From contig JBDRIM010000012.1 in assembly GCA_043816005.1 (NCBI GenBank), positions 1 to 20,857 of the forward strand: a DNA stretch of 20,857 nt. The letters run 5' to 3'. The notes beneath the pieces were generated by a model. The model made no database searches. It saw only the letters and a program-made list of their open reading frames with translations, and had not been told where the DNA came from. This stretch comes from Candidatus Micrarchaeota archaeon. Its GTDB lineage: Archaea; Micrarchaeota; Micrarchaeia; Anstonellales; Bilamarchaeaceae. Of this stretch, positions 14,966 to 20,857 are shown piece by piece. Each line of letters begins with the position of its first letter. Position 1 is the stretch's first letter. The translations under genes were made by a program, and so were the position numbers.

Positions 14966-16408
14966 ATGAAAAAATTAGCAGTGTTTTTTATGTTGTTGGT
15001 TGCGTTAACATTTGCCGGTATATCAATATCGAATTATACAGTTTCCAAGTCTTCATTCCAACCGAATGAGCAAGGAGTGCTTACTGCAACGGTAGTAAAT
15101 CCAACTGGAGATGCTCGTGTGACTGCATTAACCATGTCAGTTACCAATCCATATGAAATTATAGTTACAGGAACATCAAAACTTTCTGATATTAGTGCCG
15201 GTGGTACTAGTATAGTTACTATCCCAATAAAAGTCAGACCCGGTACTAGTGCTGGAGTTTATCTAGTTACGCTTGTTTTTACAGGGGTTTCAAGTGAAGA
15301 TGGAACAAATGCAAATACTATTACAAATAGTGTTTCAATTCCAGTTACTGTTCTAAATTCACCACTCTTATCATTTGCAACCAGTACAACTACGCTAAGT
15401 GGTGTAGATACTATTAATTTACAATTAATCAATAACGGGGGCACTGCAAAAAATGTTCGTATAAGTGCGTCTGGTTCAATTGCACTTTACGGTACAAATG
15501 AACTATTTGTCGGCAATCTCAATGGTTCAAAAAATGTCATGCTACCTCTAGATTCTAGGAACGCATCGAATGGTCCAGAAGATCTAACTTTAGTTGTAGA
15601 CTACGAAGACGAACTTGGTACAGCACATTCAAATGAGTATATACTTAGAATGACTGTGAAAAAAGAAAACGTAGATATTGTATTTTTGCAAAATTCTGAT
15701 CTGATTACCAGAAAAGAGGGCCCAGTCAGACTAGCGATAAAGAATAATGGCAATGTTACATTGAAAGACGTTCGGTTATCGTTTTCCAATTCATCGATAA
15801 AATTCAAGGCTCAAAACGAGCTTCTTTTCGGTGATATTCCGCCAGGCGCAACAGTCGAACTCAATCCAATTTTATTCGTTGATCTCTCACCAGGGCTCAA
15901 TATTATCAGTGGTACTCTATCTTGGGTTGACCAAGATTTTACCACAGACGAGTCAATAGAATTTCCGCTAACTGTTTCTTCAGATACTGATGTTGGCGTA
16001 TATCTTGAAGCAAAGCCATCCCCACTCATGGCAGGTCAAGATCATACACTTTCCGTTCTTGTATCAAATCTTGGTTCGTTTCCAATTGATAATGTGGATG
16101 TGATGTTTTCTTCAGATACACTAAAGTCCCTTGATATATCAAATACACAATATATTGGAAATCTAAATAATGATGATTTCAGTACAGTTCAGTTCAAGAT
16201 TCATGTAAATGATGTTCCTGAAGGTTCCTATCCGATCAATATAGATATAAATTATAGAGATAGATCTGGAGAATGGAAACAAAAAACCATCACACAAAAT
16301 GTCAATATCCATCCTGCACCATCAAAAAATGGGGGTGAAATATTCCTGTTTGGTGGGTTGGGGATAGTTGTTATTGCCGTCTGGTTTTTTTTCATAAGAA
16401 AAAGGTGA
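14966..16408 (+). CDS. COG1361-like S-layer/Ig-fold (CARDB-type) membrane-anchored surface protein
   Basis: Signal peptide MKKLAVFFMLLVALTFA; repeated beta-rich units (LINNGGTAKNV, IKNNGNVTLKDV, VSNLGSFPIDNV); N-x-S/T sequons; C-terminal TM helix plus RKR; SD GAGGT upstream. Confidence 0.82.
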   Translation: MKKLAVFFMLLVALTFAGISISNYTVSKSSFQPNEQGVLTATVVNPTGDARVTALTMSVTNPYEIIVTGTSKLSDISAGGTSIVTIPIKVRPGTSAGVYLVTLVFTGVSSEDGTNANTITNSVSIPVTVLNSPLLSFATSTTTLSGVDTINLQLINNGGTAKNVRISASGSIALYGTNELFVGNLNGSKNVMLPLDSRNASNGPEDLTLVVDYEDELGTAHSNEYILRMTVKKENVDIVFLQNSDLITRKEGPVRLAIKNNGNVTLKDVRLSFSNSSIKFKAQNELLFGDIPPGATVELNPILFVDLSPGLNIISGTLSWVDQDFTTDESIEFPLTVSSDTDVGVYLEAKPSPLMAGQDHTLSVLVSNLGSFPIDNVDVMFSSDTLKSLDISNTQYIGNLNNDDFSTVQFKIHVNDVPEGSYPINIDINYRDRSGEWKQKTITQNVNIHPAPSKNGGEIFLFGGLGIVVIAVWFFFIRKR

Positions 16409-16412
16409 ACAA

Positions 16413-17627
16413 TTGCACCTTATAGATATTATTTTTTATTCTTTTAATTCTCTACGTCAGAGGAAAATTCGTTCTTGGCTTACAGTATTTGGAATTGTTG
16501 TTGGAATAACTGCGATTGTAGTTCTTATAGGCCTTGTACAAGGTCTTAAGGATAATTTTAATGCACAATTATCAACTTTTGGTTCAAGGTCAATAGTTGT
16601 TCTTCCAGTTAATCTAGAAAGCAGTGCCAATCCTGCTGCAGCATCATGGTTGCCTAGTAATGGAAAGTTATTCATGAAAGATTATGAACGCCTTAAACGT
16701 ATTCCTGATCTTGAATCATTAACTCCAGTTATAAATGGGCGCACAACATTACAATTCAAGGATATAGAAATCACATCCTCAGTACTTGGTATAGACCCTG
16801 GGCCATATATGCAATCAATAGGTACACTTGAAATTGAAAAAGGCAGGTTTCTCCAATCAAATGATAAAAAATCTATAGTTATTGGTTCCTCAGTTGCTAA
16901 TGATACTTTTGGCGAGACGGTACAACTTGGTTCAACTATACTCATATCAGGATTACCATACAGGGTCGTAGGCATCCTAAACAAATCAGGAAGTTCTTTT
17001 TCTAATGTTGACAGTGTCACATTGATGCAAATTGATGAAGCTCGAGAGATTTTTGATAATCTTCTTGCTGATAAGGAAATACACATGATCAGAATGGTTG
17101 CAAAAGATGGTGCGAACCTATCTGAAGTTAGCGACAGGATCCAAGATGAAATGCTTGCAGCTCATCGCGTTACTGAAGATAATAAAGATTTCAGTGTAAT
17201 CACCTCAGATTTCATAAACAGTCAACTCGACAGTGTAACTGGTATCCTTGCAATTTTCCTTGGAGGTGTGGCAAGTATTTCTTTGTTAGTTGGTGGTGTT
17301 GGAATTGCCAACACTATGTTCATGAGCGTTACTGAACGCAAAAGGGAAATCGGAATATTGAAATCAATAGGAGGCAGAGAAGAAGAAATTTGGCATCTTT
17401 TCTTAGTTGAAAGTAGTATGATAGGACTAGCTGGAGGATTTTTTGGTCTTGCTTTAGCATATGGTTTATCCTACCTAATCACCATCATTTCAGGTGTTCG
17501 GGTTTCAATCGAACCATTTGTTGTTTTTGGTGCAATACTATTTTCTGCAGGAGTTGGTGTTGTTTCTGGTGTTTTTCCTGCAAGACAGGCAGCAAAGTTA
17601 GATCCTGTGGAGGCGTTAAGCGGATGA
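16413..17627 (+). CDS. ABC transporter permease, MacB/FtsX family (TTG start)
   Basis: RSWLTVFGIVVGITAIV, large extracytoplasmic domain (IEKGRFL), VGGVGIANTMFMSVTERKREIGILKSIG, PARQAAKLDPVEAL; SD AGGTGA at 16403-16408. Confidence 0.95.
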   Translation: MHLIDIIFYSFNSLRQRKIRSWLTVFGIVVGITAIVVLIGLVQGLKDNFNAQLSTFGSRSIVVLPVNLESSANPAAASWLPSNGKLFMKDYERLKRIPDLESLTPVINGRTTLQFKDIEITSSVLGIDPGPYMQSIGTLEIEKGRFLQSNDKKSIVIGSSVANDTFGETVQLGSTILISGLPYRVVGILNKSGSSFSNVDSVTLMQIDEAREIFDNLLADKEIHMIRMVAKDGANLSEVSDRIQDEMLAAHRVTEDNKDFSVITSDFINSQLDSVTGILAIFLGGVASISLLVGGVGIANTMFMSVTERKREIGILKSIGGREEEIWHLFLVESSMIGLAGGFFGLALAYGLSYLITIISGVRVSIEPFVVFGAILFSAGVGVVSGVFPARQAAKLDPVEALSG

Positions 17628-18847
17628 ACCTCGAGGACACAATATTATATTCATTGCGAAATCTGAAGAACACCAGTCTTCGTTCTTATCTTACCATAAT
17701 TGGTATTGTTATTGGCGTCATAGCAGTAGTAGTAATAATCTCTATTAGTGAGGGTGTCCAGCGAGATATTAATGATCAGCTTGCTGCATTTGGAACTGAT
17801 AAAATGTTCATCACACCAAGTATGGCTGGAGGGCGTAGTTTTTCAAGTTCAAGTCCAGTTCAGGGATCAACAATGGGTAAGCTTTACCAGCGTGATGTTG
17901 ATTCGATAGATTCAGTTACTGGTGTCAAATCAGTTTCAAAATCAATCTATGGGCGTGCAAGCCTTGAATTCAGAGGAAAAGAAATAACTGGAGTCATCTA
18001 CGGTATGGATGCTTTATTCTTTGATCAATGGGAGAACTATGTAACTATTGAATCCGGCCGTTTTTACAATGATAATGAGCGCCGTGTTGTTGTTTTAGGT
18101 TATACTGCTGCCAAGGAAACATTTGGCAAGGATGAACTCAGTGTTGGCAATGTTCTCAAGATCAATGGGAAAGATTATCGTGTAATAGGAGTATTGAAAA
18201 AAATCGGTACTTCTCTTTCTGCAGCTGATGATAGTTCTATTTATATACCATTTGAAGATGGCAAGGACGAATTCGCCAGCCAGTTATCTAAAAACGAAGT
18301 GCAATTTATTTCAATTCAGCTAGCCGATGGTTATACCTCTTATGATGTTGAGAGCAGTATAGAACAAAAAATTGCATCAAACCATAAACTTAGGGTTGAA
18401 GATAAGGATTTTACAATAATTTCATCTGATTACATAAACAGAACAATAGGCGAACTTATAGGTACTCTTAGTGCATTTCTTTTATTTATAACCTTGATTG
18501 CAACTTTTGTTGGCGGTATAGGGATAATGAATACTATGTTCATGGGGGTACTTGAGCGTGTACGTGAAATTGGAATATTGAAGGCAGTTGGCGCAACCGA
18601 ATTCAATATTCTCTCCATTTTTGTTGTTGAATCTGGTATTCTTGGTTTTATAGGAGGTGCTATTGGTTTGGCAATAGGTTTGGCAATTCTTTTTGTCATA
18701 AGTCAATTCGATGTCCCAATATGGGTGCGCTTGCGTATTTTTGCATTTGCATTTTTCTTTTCCACGTTTGTTGGAGTTTTAGCTGGACTCATACCAGCAA
18801 GGCAGGCAGCAAAGATGGATCCAGTCGACGCTTTAAGGTATGAATGA
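17624..18847 (+). CDS. ABC transporter permease, MacB/FtsX family (second paralog)
   Basis: RSYLTIIGIVIGVIAVV, VGGIGIMNTMFMGVLERVREIGILKAVGA, PARQAAKMDPVDALRYE; ATGA overlap with the first permease. Confidence 0.95.
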   Translation: MNLEDTILYSLRNLKNTSLRSYLTIIGIVIGVIAVVVIISISEGVQRDINDQLAAFGTDKMFITPSMAGGRSFSSSSPVQGSTMGKLYQRDVDSIDSVTGVKSVSKSIYGRASLEFRGKEITGVIYGMDALFFDQWENYVTIESGRFYNDNERRVVVLGYTAAKETFGKDELSVGNVLKINGKDYRVIGVLKKIGTSLSAADDSSIYIPFEDGKDEFASQLSKNEVQFISIQLADGYTSYDVESSIEQKIASNHKLRVEDKDFTIISSDYINRTIGELIGTLSAFLLFITLIATFVGGIGIMNTMFMGVLERVREIGILKAVGATEFNILSIFVVESGILGFIGGAIGLAIGLAILFVISQFDVPIWVRLRIFAFAFFFSTFVGVLAGLIPARQAAKMDPVDALRYE

Positions 18848-18859
18848 TTTTTGTTGATG

Positions 18860-18874
18860 ACTCACTTCGTTCGT
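18860..18874. repeat. REP-like mini-hairpin (GAA triloop + tandem GA on minus strand)
   Basis: ACTCACTTCGTTCGT; minus strand AC-GA-AC-GAA-GT-GA-GT, same architecture as 7319-7337; GCGAAGC nearby at 18916-18922. Confidence 0.55.
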
Positions 18875-19028
18875 GGGAGGTCTAAAGGGCCATCCACCTT
18901 AATCAACCAAAACTCGCGAAGCAGACTGGGTTTTCTAACAATATAATACTGACTTATTTGTAAATTCTAAAATTCCTATCCTCGATCGCCTCGTTATAAA
19001 AATTTCCTACAAAAAAATCCATCACCTA

Positions 19029-19035
19029 TTTATAT
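19029..19035 (+). promoter_or_regulatory. TATA box for topA (leaderless-type spacing)
   Basis: TTTATAT 24 nt upstream of ATG 19060, no SD. Confidence 0.45.
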
Positions 19036-19059
19036 TTTGCGATTTTAACTCATCAAACT

Positions 19060-20857
19060 ATGGAACTAATAGTTGCAGAAAAACCAAAGGTAGCTGAAAA
19101 AATTGCAATGGCTATCGGAGACAAAATCGAGAAAAAAGCACTTCATGGAGTATCTTATTACGAAGGTGTTTCACATGCCGGTCATAAAATAGTAGTAGCA
19201 CCTGCTGTTGGTCATGTATATACTTTAACCGAGACAGAAAAATCTCGATCCTATCCTGTTTTTGATATTGAATGGGTGCCATCATACACAGTTTCCAAAT
19301 CAGCAGCGTATACTAAAGGTTATGTTGATCTTATCCAAAAACTTGCAAAAAAAGCAGATACTTTTGTCTCTGCTTGCGACTATGATATTGAAGGAAGTAC
19401 TATTGCATATAATATTTTTCGTTTTGCAACGACGATAAGAACTGGAAAAAGAATGAAGTTCTCTGCACTTACCTCTGAGGATCTTTCAAGTGCATATGAA
19501 GAACGTGGCGAATTTGATTATAATAATGCATATGCAGGTGAAACAAGACATATCCTAGATTGGTTCTATGGTATTAATCTTAGCCGAGCTCTTATGAGTG
19601 CAATACAGAAAGCTCACGGCTATCGTATCCTTTCTATAGGGAGAGTCCAGGGCCCAGCACTTCACTTTATGGCAAGTTTGGAAAAACAAATCCGTGCATT
19701 CGTACCAACCCCATACTGGGAGCTTGATGTAACAATCAAGGAAACTGAATTCACACATAAAAAAGGAAGATTTTTGGTCGAATCAGAAGCAGACAATTCA
19801 CTTGACAAAACAAAAAGCAAAGGTTCTGTAAAAGAAATCGATCAGAAAGAGCAAAGTGTTAGTCCACACCCGTGTTTTGACCTTACCAGTTTGCAGGTGG
19901 AAGCATACCGACTCTTCAGCTACCCTCCATCAAGAACACTTGAACTTGCACAGACACTTTACGAAGCATCACTCATCACATATCCTAGAACATCATCACA
20001 ACAAATACCTGATTCAATTAAACTTCAACCAATTCTTACTGCCCTTGCTTCTAATAAAGATTATTCAGAACTTGTAAAAAAGATACAAAGTAAGAAATGG
20101 TTTAAACCCATTCAGGGTAAGAAATCTGATCCAGCTCACCCTGCAATACATCCAACTGGTCAAAAAAACAAACTTGAAGGCCCAGAGAAAAATCTTTATG
20201 ACCTTATAGTCCGAAGATTCCTTGCTGCATTTGCACCACCTGCAAAACGAGAAAGAAATCGTATAGATGTTGAATCTGGTGGCGAATTTTATAGTGTCTC
20301 CGGCAGCAGACTTGTTGAACCAGGATGGACTGAATTCTATGGTAAATATTATACTCCCGAAGATGTAATGCTACCTGCATTCAAGGTCGGTGAAAAAGTA
20401 GAGGTAAATTCAAAGAAAAAAACCAAGAAAGAAACAAAACCACCAAAACGTTACACACAAGCATCACTGGTTTCAGAGCTTGAAAAACAACATCTTGGCA
20501 CCAAAGCAACAAGATCTACTATAATAGACACACTATTCAAACGAGGTTATGCAAGTGGTGTCAAATCCATAGAGGTTTCTGATTATGGTATAAAAGTTCT
20601 GGAGATTCTTGAAAAATATGCACCTGAGATACTTGATGAGAATTTGACAAGAAAAATAGAAGATGAGATGGAAGCCATACAAGATGGAAAACTAGAAAAA
20701 GAAAAAGTTATTGCAGAAGGAAAAGAAATTTTAGTTCAAATACTTGATAAATGGAAAAAGAACGAAACAAAAATCGGTACCGAATTAGCCGAAGCACTCA
20801 AACTTACACAAAACCAGGCCAACATATTAGGTCCATGTGATAAATGTGATAACCAAT
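19060..20857 (+). CDS. topA: DNA topoisomerase I (type IA), 3'-partial
   Basis: Absent from the ORF track (runs off the edge). ATG 19060: MELIVAEKPKVAEKIA..., PAVGHVY, ACDYDIEGSTI (TOPRIM), SIGRVQGPAL, LITYPRT (catalytic Tyr codon 19981-19983), AHPAIHPT, LGTKATR, and the start of a Zn ribbon GPCDKC at the edge. Confidence 0.97.
   Translation, partial: MELIVAEKPKVAEKIAMAIGDKIEKKALHGVSYYEGVSHAGHKIVVAPAVGHVYTLTETEKSRSYPVFDIEWVPSYTVSKSAAYTKGYVDLIQKLAKKADTFVSACDYDIEGSTIAYNIFRFATTIRTGKRMKFSALTSEDLSSAYEERGEFDYNNAYAGETRHILDWFYGINLSRALMSAIQKAHGYRILSIGRVQGPALHFMASLEKQIRAFVPTPYWELDVTIKETEFTHKKGRFLVESEADNSLDKTKSKGSVKEIDQKEQSVSPHPCFDLTSLQVEAYRLFSYPPSRTLELAQTLYEASLITYPRTSSQQIPDSIKLQPILTALASNKDYSELVKKIQSKKWFKPIQGKKSDPAHPAIHPTGQKNKLEGPEKNLYDLIVRRFLAAFAPPAKRERNRIDVESGGEFYSVSGSRLVEPGWTEFYGKYYTPEDVMLPAFKVGEKVEVNSKKKTKKETKPPKRYTQASLVSELEKQHLGTKATRSTIIDTLFKRGYASGVKSIEVSDYGIKVLEILEKYAPEILDENLTRKIEDEMEAIQDGKLEKEKVIAEGKEILVQILDKWKKNETKIGTELAEALKLTQNQANILGPCDKCDNQ

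Overview
AT-rich, gene-dense archaeal chromosome segment. The gene set (aIF-1A, aIF-2beta, RIO1, archaeal ArgRS and TopA), TATA-box promoters about 25 nt upstream of start codons and GGTGA-type SD sites are archaeal; the tandem Lrp/AsnC protein, short NFACT protein and small divergent wHTH pair suggest DPANN, possibly Micrarchaeota (inference only). Gene order: partial HGSNAT-like membrane acyltransferase (-); MNT-HEPN toxin-antitoxin pair; N-terminally truncated Rqc2/NFACT-R protein; PurS-PurL fusion; argS; an accessory block (signal-peptide protein resembling a bacterial outer-membrane beta-barrel, divergent from a tandem Lrp/AsnC regulator; a Cys-motif ORFan; a divergent pair of small wHTH-like genes with a palindromic operator); rio1, aIF-1A, aIF-2beta and ahcY (-); a PadR / ABC ATPase / COG1361-like surface protein / 2x MacB-FtsX permease cassette; partial topA. 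Most notable: (1) the OMP-like beta-barrel in an archaeon, (2) five to six back-to-back perfect hairpins filling the aIF-2beta/aIF-1A spacer ahead of a likely TTG start, (3) the divergent wHTH pair, (4) recurring GAA-triloop hairpins, two with tandem G.A pairs, just after stop codons. No rRNA, tRNA, CRISPR array or transposase was recognised. All family calls come from motif recognition, not database searches.
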